DNA of 64,000 nucleotides from Armatimonadota bacterium (lineage in GTDB: Bacteria; Armatimonadota; HRBIN16), in the NCBI GenBank assembly GCA_963677485.1, contig OY781964.1, positions 1,600,001-1,664,000 on the forward strand. Reading direction: 5' to 3'. A program made the translations under genes and the position numbers. Numbering within the stretch: position 1 is the stretch's first letter; every line of letters starts with the position of its first letter. Positions 19,382 through 29,900 of this stretch are shown here, piece by piece. The notes beneath the pieces are model-generated. The model was not told the origin of the DNA, did not search any database, and worked only from the letters and a program-made list of their open reading frames with translations.

Positions 19382-20955
19382 TTGGCGCCTGTCTTTCTGC
19401 CACGCCCTCCGGCTTTGCCATCACGTCCTGCGCCTGATCGAACCTGCTGACCATCTTTCAATGTGGAGGCGGACATGATCACCACGCTGCTGCCGGGTTT
19501 CAAGCTCGATCCGATGTTGATATAGCTGTCGTCACTGCCCTGAGGTATCACATCGATGCGCTTGGCCGTGTTGCCTTTATCGATCGTCATCACAAATGAT
19601 CCCTTCCGGTCGGTTTGCACCGCCTCGCGGGGTACCACCACGGCACTGCGAACTCTACCGATTTCGAAATTCACACGGGCAAACATGCCCGGTTTGATCA
19701 AGCCATTATCGTTGTTCAGCACCACCCGAATGGTGAACTGCCGACTGGCAGGGTCCGCTGCGGGATTGATCTGCAACACGCTGGCTTCGATCTTAAGGTT
19801 TGGGAAAGCATCTAGAATGACGGTGGCAGGCTGACCCACACGCAATTGGGCGCAGACCTGGTCTGGCACCGGCACATTGACCCATATCTGTTTGGTGAAT
19901 TGCACCGCAAGCAACGGCTGGGTGGGTGAGGCGATGGCACCCGGATCCGCATTACGCTCGGTAACGAATCCATCCAGCGGGGAGCGAAGCACCGTATCCT
20001 GGCGCTTCAATACGACACCTTCGAGCGTGGCCTGGGCTATGGAAACACTCGATTGCAGTGCCGCGAGACTCTGCCGATAAGCACCTTTTTGCGAGTTATT
20101 CGCCTTCGCATATTCCAGCGAAGCTTTCGCCTGTGTCAGTCTGGCGCTTGACGCGGCGGTGTCAGCCGTCACTTTAGCCTTGATCACATTGTATTGCTGA
20201 GCGACTGACTCCCGTTGTGAGATCGCCGACTGAAGCAGCCCTTCTGCAACCTCAAGGGTGGAGGTCTGCACTGTGAGGGCCGCTTTCGCATCATCGACAT
20301 CCTGCGCCGCGACAAAGCCTTTGTCTAGAAGACGGCTGGCACGGTTATATTTGGTCTGAGCGTTGTTCACGTTTGCTTGAGCACTTTTGATGGACGCTCG
20401 GGCGTTGGCAATCTTGGCGTCGGAGTCCTGCAGGTTGGCTTGGGCGGCGTTGAGTTGAGCTTCTGCTGACTTACGCGCCTGTTCATAGTCAGCGACGGCA
20501 CTGGCCACGGCAGCTTTTTGCAGCGTGATCTGGGTGTTTACCGAAACATCACCAGAATCACGTCCCATCTGCGCTTGTGCTAACCGATAGCGTGCCTCAG
20601 CCACCGCCCCTCTAGACTGTTGCACCTGCGACTCCACGTCGGAGGCGTCTATCCTGGCAACAATCTGGCCTTTCGTCACCCGATCCCCTTCGTGGACCGT
20701 GATGGCATCGATCCGTCCTGATAGTTTTGGGGCAATCTTGACGCTCATGGGTGCCTCTACCGAGCCCATAGCCTCATAGTGCTGAACAAGATCACGAACC
20801 TCCACCTTGCCTATGGCCACCGAGGCCGGCGTTTTTGCTCTGGCTCCAACCATCGCAGTCTGTGCGGATTTCACTGCAGATATCTGCACTAAACGCCATA
20901 CGACCAGCGAGACCAACAGGATCAGGGGTAGCAGGATACTCAGCCACTTTTTCAT
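19378..20955 (-). CDS. RND periplasmic adaptor (membrane fusion protein) with long alpha-hairpin
   Basis: N-terminal TM, SGRIDAITVHEGDRVTKGQ, extended coiled coil, LRSPLDGFV, IKPGMFARV, VVPREAV. Confidence 0.95.
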   Translation of the reverse strand: MKKWLSILLPLILLVSLVVWRLVQISAVKSAQTAMVGARAKTPASVAIGKVEVRDLVQHYEAMGSVEAPMSVKIAPKLSGRIDAITVHEGDRVTKGQIVARIDASDVESQVQQSRGAVAEARYRLAQAQMGRDSGDVSVNTQITLQKAAVASAVADYEQARKSAEAQLNAAQANLQDSDAKIANARASIKSAQANVNNAQTKYNRASRLLDKGFVAAQDVDDAKAALTVQTSTLEVAEGLLQSAISQRESVAQQYNVIKAKVTADTAASSARLTQAKASLEYAKANNSQKGAYRQSLAALQSSVSIAQATLEGVVLKRQDTVLRSPLDGFVTERNADPGAIASPTQPLLAVQFTKQIWVNVPVPDQVCAQLRVGQPATVILDAFPNLKIEASVLQINPAADPASRQFTIRVVLNNDNGLIKPGMFARVNFEIGRVRSAVVVPREAVQTDRKGSFVMTIDKGNTAKRIDVIPQGSDDSYINIGSSLKPGSSVVIMSASTLKDGQQVRSGAGRDGKAGGRGRKTGAK

Positions 20956-20980
20956 TTACCGCTCCACATAATGTGCATTC

Positions 20981-21016
20981 ATTAGTTAATATAGCTTAAC
21001 TAATTTATACTGTCAA
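20981..21016 (-). promoter_or_regulatory. Sigma70 promoter of efflux operon overlapped by a palindromic operator
   Basis: Minus strand TTGACA (21016-21011), 17 nt, TATATT (20993-20988); inverted repeat ATTAGTTAA-N6-TTAACTAAT (20981-21004). Confidence 0.85.
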
Positions 21017-21058
21017 GCGGGTAAATTGGTTGGTTCTCACGCGAAGGCATGCACCTCA

Positions 21059-21083
21059 AGGGCGGTTCGCGAACCGCTCCTAC
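21059..21083. repeat. GTAG-type REP overlapping a stop codon
   Basis: agggcggttcgcgaaccgctcctac; related copies at 33245-33269 and 60581-60603. Confidence 0.75.
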
Positions 21084-23635
21084 AAAATCCGGAACCCTTC
21101 GATGGCCTCAGCCACCTCGTTGCGCACCTTCTGGTAGACCGCCTCGTCCAGCTCGTAGCTGGTCAGGCTGGTCGTCAGCTTTCGGGCGTTTGCGATGGCC
21201 TTGATTGCCTTGGCAATGGCTTTCTTATTGCCATGATTCGCTTTGACTAGTTTCTCCAGCATGACCAAATACTCGTAGTCCTCTTCGCCGTCACGCATGA
21301 TCTCCAGCCGGATGCTGGGCAGCGGCTTGTCGGGTGTGGCTCCGGGGTAGATGCTGAAGCCATCGCCGGGCGCACTCTCAATCGGACTGAAGTCGATGGC
21401 GTTGATGTCCGGCATAGGATCCGTGCGCGGTTTCATCGTGCCCAGGATGGGGTCTTGATACCATTTGTAGAAATTCAGACCCCAATACAGTAGTCCATCC
21501 ACATGGTTGGTCCAGGTCTGCCACCACCAGGCACGGTGCTGTACGGCCCTTTGGTCGATGAACAGGTTCGCGTAACGCCGGTCAGAGGGGCCCACGCACA
21601 CATACCACCAGTATTCGCCGCCCTTCTTCACCACTTCATCCTGCCACTGTTTGTTGTAACTGGGTGTGAGCGGGGTGGGGATTCGCAAGCACTCCCTCGC
21701 CTCCTCGGACGGGGCCGTGAGCAGCACCTTCACGTCGGGCATATCCTTATAAACCGCCCGATAAACATTCAACGAGGCGGGCTCGCTGGTTTCGTCACGA
21801 AGCTGCATGTAATGCAGATCATACACGCCTTTTTCGATGTAGTGCTTGCGCGCGATCTCGATCGACTTGTCGACCTTTGCGATCTGTTCAGGACTGGACA
21901 CCGGATACTGCTTTGTGGCGAAATAAGCCCCCTGGTGATGGCTGACACCCAGATGAATGGTGCTAGCCCCGCCCTTCACCATGTGCTCCATGTAGGTGTC
22001 CCACTTGCTCCAGTCTGGGGTTTCATTCAGATCCGTCTCTTTGGTGACAGGATCGGTCTTCACGATGTCCAGATACTGGCTGCACCGCCCTTCATACACA
22101 TCGATGGGGTTCAGTCGATACTCCAGAGCCAAGTCGATCCACTTCATGTAGTCCTCGATCTTGACCTCGTCGAGGTTGTAGAACCTGTTGATCTGATCCC
22201 TGAACATCCAAAAGCTGGAGCGCAGAGATATCTTCTTGGGGATTTCGAAGCTGCGCACCTGCAGGCTGATGGGCAGACTCAACGTATGGCGACCGGAGGA
22301 AATAGTCACGTTGCCCTTGTATTCACCTGCCGGAGCATTATCCGGCACTTTCACGGATATCCAGTATGGCTGGTTGTATCCTGGCTTCAGCTCGGGTCTA
22401 TTACCTTCCGGCAGCAAGGGGTCGGGCTGATAGAGCTGGGTCGCCTTGCCCTCAAAAACCCTGGTATAGGCCACAGCTTGAATACGGATGTTAGCTTGAG
22501 GGATCACCGAACCCTTCGACTTCAACTCGGTGGCCGATATCGTCACATCCTTCACGCTGGTCGCGAGAGGGGTGAGAATCAACTGGAACCCCTCGTGCTC
22601 GCGCCTGGCAGCCGTGAGTTTGATGGTTTCTGGCCTCGCCTTCACCAGCTTTCCTGTCGACAAATCCTGCACACCAACCTTGACCAGATTACTGGCCTGA
22701 CGCACGATCACGCCGATCTGATTGCCAAACTCTCCGCTCTTATTCCAGCGCGACAGCAGCTCCCTCGCCGACCGCTGTTTCCCCTCGCCGTTTCGGGCGT
22801 CGATGGCGAACTGGCTCAGCACGATGCGGAGCTTCGCCTTAGCAGCATCATCCGCCTTCTCATAATCCTCGGCCGCTTTCCGGGCCTCTTGCTCGCTGAA
22901 CAGACTGAGGTAGGGTGCCAGTGCAGACGGCATCCCTTTGGCAGCTTGTTGGTAGGTCTCAGCTGCGAACTTGTAACCGTCGGAGGAAAAGGTGATGCCC
23001 CCAGTTTGGAGCCGTTTTACCGTATCGAAAATCGGAGGAATGACTGCCTTGGTTGACGGTCTAGCGTTGACGATACGCGCGATGACATACTGGTTCACCC
23101 CGGCGTTGTGGATGATCAGGCCGATCCAGAGCTTGCCGTTCCAGCCCTTCGGCGCGTATTTTTGTGGGTCGATGGTGACCCGCTGCGTGTTGCTGTTGGC
23201 CGTGAGCAGGTTGCCATGCATCACGTTGTTGCTCCCGCCGCTGCCCCAGGTGGGCGGATGGGCACCTCGGCTGGCCGGTATGACGCCCACGCCAAAGTGA
23301 TGCCGCACCGAGTAGGCGGAACCCACACCATAGTCAAGGGTGATCGCCGCACAGGAGAAGAGGTCGTATGATGAGTAATCGCCCGAACCGATGATCTCGA
23401 AAGTCAGCGGCTCACTCCACTTGGTCTCGATGGCCGCGAACCCGTAACCCCACTGTGCTGGCCCCATGTTCACCGCCAGCTCCAGCGCGAGGGGGTTGTT
23501 GATCACCGTGTTTTCGGGGCAATAAAGCTCTTGCGCCATGTCGTTGACCTTCATCACGGGCAATTCCGCGCAAAAGCCGTGGCATGAGATGAGCATGAAC
23601 AGACCGATGAGCGTGATTCTGCAACTGACTTTCAC
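21080..23635 (-). CDS. Secreted DUF4091/GH123-like glycoside hydrolase domain protein
   Basis: Signal peptide; AARREHEGFQL, PDPL, WISVKVPDNAPAGEYKG, WWYVC, GLLYWG, PGDG..YPG, PSIRLEIMRDGEEDYEYL. Confidence 0.8.
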   Translation of the reverse strand: MKVSCRITLIGLFMLISCHGFCAELPVMKVNDMAQELYCPENTVINNPLALELAVNMGPAQWGYGFAAIETKWSEPLTFEIIGSGDYSSYDLFSCAAITLDYGVGSAYSVRHHFGVGVIPASRGAHPPTWGSGGSNNVMHGNLLTANSNTQRVTIDPQKYAPKGWNGKLWIGLIIHNAGVNQYVIARIVNARPSTKAVIPPIFDTVKRLQTGGITFSSDGYKFAAETYQQAAKGMPSALAPYLSLFSEQEARKAAEDYEKADDAAKAKLRIVLSQFAIDARNGEGKQRSARELLSRWNKSGEFGNQIGVIVRQASNLVKVGVQDLSTGKLVKARPETIKLTAARREHEGFQLILTPLATSVKDVTISATELKSKGSVIPQANIRIQAVAYTRVFEGKATQLYQPDPLLPEGNRPELKPGYNQPYWISVKVPDNAPAGEYKGNVTISSGRHTLSLPISLQVRSFEIPKKISLRSSFWMFRDQINRFYNLDEVKIEDYMKWIDLALEYRLNPIDVYEGRCSQYLDIVKTDPVTKETDLNETPDWSKWDTYMEHMVKGGASTIHLGVSHHQGAYFATKQYPVSSPEQIAKVDKSIEIARKHYIEKGVYDLHYMQLRDETSEPASLNVYRAVYKDMPDVKVLLTAPSEEARECLRIPTPLTPSYNKQWQDEVVKKGGEYWWYVCVGPSDRRYANLFIDQRAVQHRAWWWQTWTNHVDGLLYWGLNFYKWYQDPILGTMKPRTDPMPDINAIDFSPIESAPGDGFSIYPGATPDKPLPSIRLEIMRDGEEDYEYLVMLEKLVKANHGNKKAIAKAIKAIANARKLTTSLTSYELDEAVYQKVRNEVAEAIEGFRIL

Positions 23636-23744
23636 GTGGTGTTCCCTCCGAATGGTTCTGACGACCTTTGGCTAGCGGGCGGTGAGATACCCGCCATCTC
23701 CAGCTTACCGATAACCGGTGACATCCGCCAGATGGGCTGGACGC

Positions 23745-24052
23745 GCCAATGTCCGGGGCGGTTTTCTCCTAACCGCGCCGGTCTTTAGGTCTTCAGGGAC
23801 AAGAGACTACCGGCTAACCGCCAGACCGGCGCGGTCAACAGCCCCCTGTAGCAGCTAACCATCTGTCAGACCGCCCGGACATAGGCATGTCATTTCTCAT
23901 ATATCAGTTGCCAATGTCCGGGCGGTTTTCCCCTAACCGCGCCGGTCTTTAGGTCTTCAGGGACAAGAGACTACCGGCTAACCGCCAGACCAGCGCGGTC
24001 AACAGCCCCCTGTAGCCGCTAACCATCTGTCAGACCGCCCCGGACATAGGCA
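23745..24052. repeat. Two tandem copies (165-bp period) of a cruciform REPIN-like unit
   Basis: Units start gccaatgtccggg at 23745 and 23910, end cagaccgccc(c)ggacataggc, and contain inner accgcgccggtct/agacc(g/a)gcgcggt inverted repeats. Confidence 0.9.
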
Positions 24053-24207
24053 ATGCATGTCAGATGAATCGGACGAGTAAAGCACACTGTTCGCTTCTTC
24101 TCCTCCTCTCCTTTTCTCCTCCTCTCCTTCCCCGCCCCTCACAAGGAAAATGCCCTCCCCATGGCGAATACTACGACAATATCAACCCATTATCGAGGTG
24201 AATCACC

Positions 24208-25629
24208 ATGAACATCGGCCTTATGGCGGCCATCGGCAGCCTTCTCTTGGCAGCAGCAACACTACAGGCTGCCCCGCAGGTTCCAGCGAAACTGAAGCAG
24301 ATCGTCGAAACCACTGCCTCGTTCGGCCTGAAACGCTACCCCGTCAGCTTCTGGAACTACACCGGCCTGGGCAGAGATGCGGCCCACATGGGCAAGGAGG
24401 CCGTGCAGGACTGGGCGGATGTGGGATTCACCGTGCCCATGAGCCCGGAGTTTAACCCCGCCGACCCCAAGCAAAAGGCCCATATCGCCAAGATGCTGAA
24501 GTGGTGCGAAGAAAAGAAGCTGAAGATGATTGTGTGTGACCCGCGCGGGCAAGGAGTCACCCCCGACGGCAAACTCGACGCCGCGGCTTATGAGAAGAAC
24601 GTCACGGCCGCCTACAAAGACTTCGGGAAGTCGCCCGCTTTGTTTGGGTTCCATGTGGGTGATGAGCCGAACTTCACCCAGTTGCCCGCCTTCTGCGAGG
24701 CGATGCGCCTCCAGAAGAAGGTCGCCCCAAAGCTGCACCCCTTCGGAAACCTGGTGGGCGTGCCTACGGTCGACTGGTTCCGCGGCGGCAAAACATCCGA
24801 CCAGTATCTTAACGACTACGTCAAAGATTCACAGTGCGAACTCATGAGTTACGATGTGTATTCCCAGATGCTCACCCCCACCCGCGGCACGAATATGCAG
24901 TTCGGTGAGGGCGGCATCGACAACTACTACGCCAACCTCAACGGCTTCCGGGCCGCATCCCAACGCAGCGGCGTGCCCTTCTGGAACACTGTGTTGGCGG
25001 TCGGCCACCTGATGTATCGATGTCCCGACTACAACGACATCCGATGGCAGTTCAACACCTCGGTGTGCAGCGGCGCGAACGGCATATTGTGGTTCTTCTA
25101 TTACATGCGCGAGCCCAACGCCAACTACCGGCAGGCACCCATCGATGAGCTCTGGCAGCCCACGCAGGGGCGGTATAACCTCAGTCTGGTGCAGAACAGC
25201 TTCCACAAAATATATGGTGACCTGTTCAATAAGCTGGTCTGCACTAAAGTGATGTATGCCGGCAAGGTCTACGGCGGTGGGAAGCCCTTCGCGCCGGATG
25301 CGATGATCTCCAACGTGACCACCGACCTGCCCAACCACCCGGTGCTGATCGGCGAGTTCGCGGATGCGCAGGGCACCCGATATGTGATGATCGTGAACAA
25401 CAGCCAGACGGTTGATGCCGCGGTGAATGTCACCTTCGTGGGCACCGATGTGCGGGTCACCGGTTGGGACTGGAGCGGAAACCCGCGCCCAGGCAGCTCC
25501 TCGGCCACCACCGGCGGTGCGATGGTGGAGGGCGGTTACCGGCTGGAGCACTGGCTGGCCCCCGGCCAGGAGGCGGTGTACAAGGTGGAGTCCGCCGCAC
25601 TGGCAAAAGAGCCGATTGTGCTGGAGTAG
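24208..25629 (+). CDS. Secreted hypothetical protein, probable TIM-barrel glycoside hydrolase fold
   Basis: Signal peptide; FHVGDEP, MSYDVY, PFWNTVL, IRWQFNTSVCSGANGILWFYY patterns resembling GH-A-clan hypotheticals. Confidence 0.6.
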   Translation: MNIGLMAAIGSLLLAAATLQAAPQVPAKLKQIVETTASFGLKRYPVSFWNYTGLGRDAAHMGKEAVQDWADVGFTVPMSPEFNPADPKQKAHIAKMLKWCEEKKLKMIVCDPRGQGVTPDGKLDAAAYEKNVTAAYKDFGKSPALFGFHVGDEPNFTQLPAFCEAMRLQKKVAPKLHPFGNLVGVPTVDWFRGGKTSDQYLNDYVKDSQCELMSYDVYSQMLTPTRGTNMQFGEGGIDNYYANLNGFRAASQRSGVPFWNTVLAVGHLMYRCPDYNDIRWQFNTSVCSGANGILWFFYYMREPNANYRQAPIDELWQPTQGRYNLSLVQNSFHKIYGDLFNKLVCTKVMYAGKVYGGGKPFAPDAMISNVTTDLPNHPVLIGEFADAQGTRYVMIVNNSQTVDAAVNVTFVGTDVRVTGWDWSGNPRPGSSSATTGGAMVEGGYRLEHWLAPGQEAVYKVESAALAKEPIVLE

Positions 25630-25770
25630 GGAGTTCCGTCACGCGGAGACGCGGAGAACGCGGAGGGGATGGTGCATGATCACCGTCCCCTGCGTCCGAC
25701 TCGTCGTACTCATCAGACAGGTCGTAATGTTGGTATCAGGGCAGTCACAACGCAACAGGGGCATTAACCT

Positions 25771-26829
25771 ATGAGTCGGGTGTTGGAAGTAGGCCGGGGT
25801 AAAGTCTTCGAGCTACCGAGCCAGGCCGCTGAGGCCGCCAAAGACGGCGACACGATTGAGATCGCCGCGGGCAGGTATGTCGGCGATGTGGCGGTGTGGC
25901 GGGCCAGTCACCTGACCATCCGCGGGGTGAAAGGGCGTGCCCACCTCGAAGCTGCGGGAAAAGGTGCCCAGGGCAAGGCGATCTGGGTCATGACTGGTCA
26001 CAACACCACCGTGGAGAACATCGAGTTCTCCGGCTGTCATGTGCCCGACCGCAACGGTGCAGGCATACGGCAGGAGGGGGCGGGTCTGACCGTTCGAAAC
26101 TGCCACTTCCACCACAACGATGATGGCATTCTGGCTGGTGCCAACCCGAACAGTGACACACTGATCGAAACCAGCGAGTTCGAGTTTAACGGAGCAGGAG
26201 ACGGACTGTCGCACAATATCTACATCGGTCACATCCGCCGTTTCACGCTTCGTGGCTGTTACTCGCACCATTCAACCATTGGGCATCTGGTTAAAAGCCG
26301 CGCTGAAGAGAACCACATCCTGTATAACCGGCTGACCGATGAAACCGATGGCCGTTCTAGCTACAACCTCGATCTGCCTAACGGCGGGTATTCCTTCGTC
26401 ATCGGCAATATCATTCAACATGGCAGACACTCGGCGAACTCCACCAACATCTCCTACGCGCGTGAGGGTGGCACGAACCGCGTTCAGAAGCTGCTGCTCA
26501 TCCACAACACCATCGTCAACGAGCACCCGAGTGGCGTGTATCTGAAGGTGGGTGGCACCCCATTAGTGCAGATGACCAACAACCTCTGCAGCGGAACTCA
26601 GACTGAGCTGCCGAAACTCGGTGAAATGCGGGGAAACCTCGTCACTCAATCGCCAGGGTTTGTGAATGCGGTAGCGTTTGACTACCGCCTGACCGCAGGA
26701 TCTCCGGCGCGGAAAGCTGGGGTCGACCCAGGGAAAGCGCTCTACCCGGAATACCAGTACCGGCACCCCGCGGGCTTGGTCCGCCGCCCATACTCGAAGA
26801 CACCGGATGTCGGCGCGTTTCAGATGTGA
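25771..26829 (+). CDS. Right-handed parallel beta-helix protein
   Basis: AKDGDTIEIAAGRY, NGAGIRQEG, HNIYIG, GHLVKSRA, DYRLTAGSPA, PDVGAFQ. Confidence 0.8.
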   Translation: MSRVLEVGRGKVFELPSQAAEAAKDGDTIEIAAGRYVGDVAVWRASHLTIRGVKGRAHLEAAGKGAQGKAIWVMTGHNTTVENIEFSGCHVPDRNGAGIRQEGAGLTVRNCHFHHNDDGILAGANPNSDTLIETSEFEFNGAGDGLSHNIYIGHIRRFTLRGCYSHHSTIGHLVKSRAEENHILYNRLTDETDGRSSYNLDLPNGGYSFVIGNIIQHGRHSANSTNISYAREGGTNRVQKLLLIHNTIVNEHPSGVYLKVGGTPLVQMTNNLCSGTQTELPKLGEMRGNLVTQSPGFVNAVAFDYRLTAGSPARKAGVDPGKALYPEYQYRHPAGLVRRPYSKTPDVGAFQM

Positions 26830-26975
26830 GGGGAAGTGGAAATAAGACTGTATGAACTATTGCCCCAGGCGTCATACTCGTCGGACTGGTCATATGCACC
26901 CCTTCAACCCGCCCCATCTGTGGTAACATGTGCATAAATGCTCTCTCAACACCCAACGCAGGAGGCTCATTCTTG

Positions 26976-29900
26976 ATGCGCATTTCATCCCTATTGGCGA
27001 TCGGCGGCCTATGCTGCTTCGCAGCCCTCAGCGGCCAAGCCGCGGAAGTGGCCCCATGGCTGAAGCAGGCACCGGAAAATCTGCCCAAAGTGACCGTCCG
27101 CTGGGAAGACGCCGCCCAGCAGAACATCTTCATCGTCGAAGGTGAGCAGTATCAATGCCGGGTCGGCACCCAGCCCGCTAAGATACTCTCACTGACAGTC
27201 AACGGGAAGCAGACACTGCCACAAGGCGGCAGCCAGATCAGCTTCACCGATGCCAAAGGCCAGAAATTCCTGCCGGCACCTGCCGAGTATGCCCCAAGCT
27301 GGAATGTTTTCCGAGGACAGCATTGGGTTCCTGCCGACAGCAGTCGGGCCCGGATGAATGTCTGGAGCGCCACGCCCTACTATTGGGACGCCCATCTGCT
27401 GGACATCCCGATGGTGCGCGAGGACATCCTGAAAAGTGCGGCTGATGTGGCTGAAAAGCCGCTGAAAGAGTGGAATTTCAAAAACGGCCTGCAGGGCTGG
27501 AAAAACTCAAACAACACCAAAGTGGGTATGGGAAACGGGACACTCTCGGTCACTTCAACCGGCTTTGACCCCAACTTTGCATCGCCCGCATGCAGCATCA
27601 AAGGCCCAGTCGATGTGGTCATACGGATGCGCACTTTAGATGGCGGCGGGATGTCCATGTACTGGAGCACCGTTTCAAAAGGCCTACTGGGCACCAATGT
27701 GCAGACAGTCGGCTCAAACGGTGATGGCGAGTGGCACAACTACCGCTTCCAGATCGCCGATAAAGAGACAATCAACATGCTTCGGTTCGATCCGCCGAGT
27801 GAGTCAGGTAAGGTCGAAGTGCAGTCGGTGAAGCTCTATCCTTCATTGTCACTCGCCAAACAAGACAAAATCATCAGGGGAGAGATCATCTTCCATGCCT
27901 ATCCCGACCAACTGCGCATAGAATTCCGCGCTGAACCGGTCGACGGCATCCCAGCACCCAATACGGTTTTGCTTGCCCCCTTCACCGGTAAAACGACCGA
28001 CAGCAACTGGGTGGAAGAGTCCAAATACGACATGAACCGCCCGCTGATCACCGTGAATGACAGTGCCGCCATCCTCGGCGATGCCCAAAGCAAGCTAACA
28101 CCGGCTGGCTGGGAGAGCCCCATGACCGGCAAACGCCCAGGTGCGCTCTGGGTGGTGAAACCCTACCAGGGCGAGCTGAAACGCGATCTGCTGTTCGTCA
28201 ACGACCTGCACCCTCTGACGGACTCCGCGGCCAAGATCACCAACGGCGAATGGCTGGGTTACGAACCCAACTCCGGGCTTTATGTGATGCATGCCGCGAA
28301 TGCCATCGGGCAATACAGCTTCGAAAACGCCTACGCCAACCCCATGCGCCGCGTGCAGGCCGGTGTCTCGCTGAGCAACGACAACCTGCCCCGCCAGATC
28401 GTGATGAAAGCCATGACGGGCATTGGATGCCTCGAGGCTACAGTCATCACGGACAACAACGGCTTCCCGCTGCCCACCGCCGCCTTCGTGGCCAAGAACT
28501 TCGCAGGCGAGATGGAAGAACCAGACGACAGCGCATTTGGCGATGCCTACTTCCCCATGACCCTCAGCGCACAGGACAGCCGTGAGTTCATGGTGCAGCC
28601 GCTGATGCAGAGCTGGGGCGATCATATGCTGAAACAGATCAGCTCTATCCGCTTCTTCCAAATCTACTGGCACCTCAGTACGGGTATCAGCGAGACCACA
28701 TGCTTCACACACAACTGGATGCAGATCGGCAAGAGCGAGGTGCTACACATCCCCGACTTCCGCCCGCTGAGCGGTCCGTTTTGGGCGGGACAGCCGCAGC
28801 ACGCCTGCGAGCAGTGGCCTGGCTTCCTGCAGTACAACAGCGGGAAAGGCCGGCTGGTGTTCGAGCGCACCATCTTCAACAGCATCAGCCCGAACTTCTC
28901 GCACTACACGAACCTCTACCACACCAGCGATGACGCGGCTAAAGGCAGTCTCACGATCTGGGAAATCCCCCAGCGTGACGAGATGCGCACCTTCGTGAAG
29001 ATGCGCTTTGACTGGACCAAGCCTGTGGCTATTACGGGCGATGCCCGCCAGAACTTCCGCTGGATGAACGTCTACGAGTTCAGCACACCGAAGATGCTGA
29101 TGATCACGGCCCCATCTGGCAAGACCGTGCAGTATGCGCCCGATCTCACCAGTAAAATCAGTCCATTAGGCGCGCTGATGAGCACACAGACGCCATTCGC
29201 GGCCTCCAGCCCTAAGGTTAACGACTACGGCTGCGTGCTGCTGGTCCGCAGCTTCAAGGCCAAACTCGGCGGTAAAGTCTACACCCAGGCAGCTTACAGT
29301 GCGCTGTTCGACAAAAGCAACGGCAACTGGTGGCTATCTGTGCCTGAAGCGAAGCTGAACCTGAAACCCGGCGATTACCTTGAGGCCGAAGTGATGCTGA
29401 TGCCTCACGCCGAGCCCACTACCCTCACAATGAAGCCCGAACGTGAGCGCAAAGAACGCTTCGGCATGGGCTGGCCCAAAGTTTCATCGTCCATCGGCAC
29501 ACTGACGAATAGCTTCCCAACCCGAGTGACCGCTAAAGGTGGCGTGGCCTGCGTCAATCTCGAGGGCGGCTTCGACATGATGCCCATTATCGTAGAGGGG
29601 CTGACCCCCGGCGGGTATCCCATGATCTGGCGCGATGGCTCCTGGCAGAACCCGCAAGCCTGGGGCGGTGATGGCGTTCAGATTGACCCCGATGGCAAAG
29701 GCGGCGTGCGTGCTACCGTGCTGGTACCTATCCGACAGGGGCAAAAGTTTGACACGTATGTCACCGATGCCGTCTGCAGCACAGGTGTCAGCGCGGTTCA
29801 GGAAGTGAACGGCCGCGCGGTTCTACGTTCGGCAGGCTCAGGTGACTGGACCATCACCAGCCCGGCTTGGTATGGCCCAGGCAAGAACGTGCGGGACAGC

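Noticed and set aside
21503-23056. Long antisense ORFs (517 aa here; also 34901-35935 and 50793-51830)
   Set aside because: Mirror-frame shadows of well-supported genes, expected from codon bias; no recognisable motifs.
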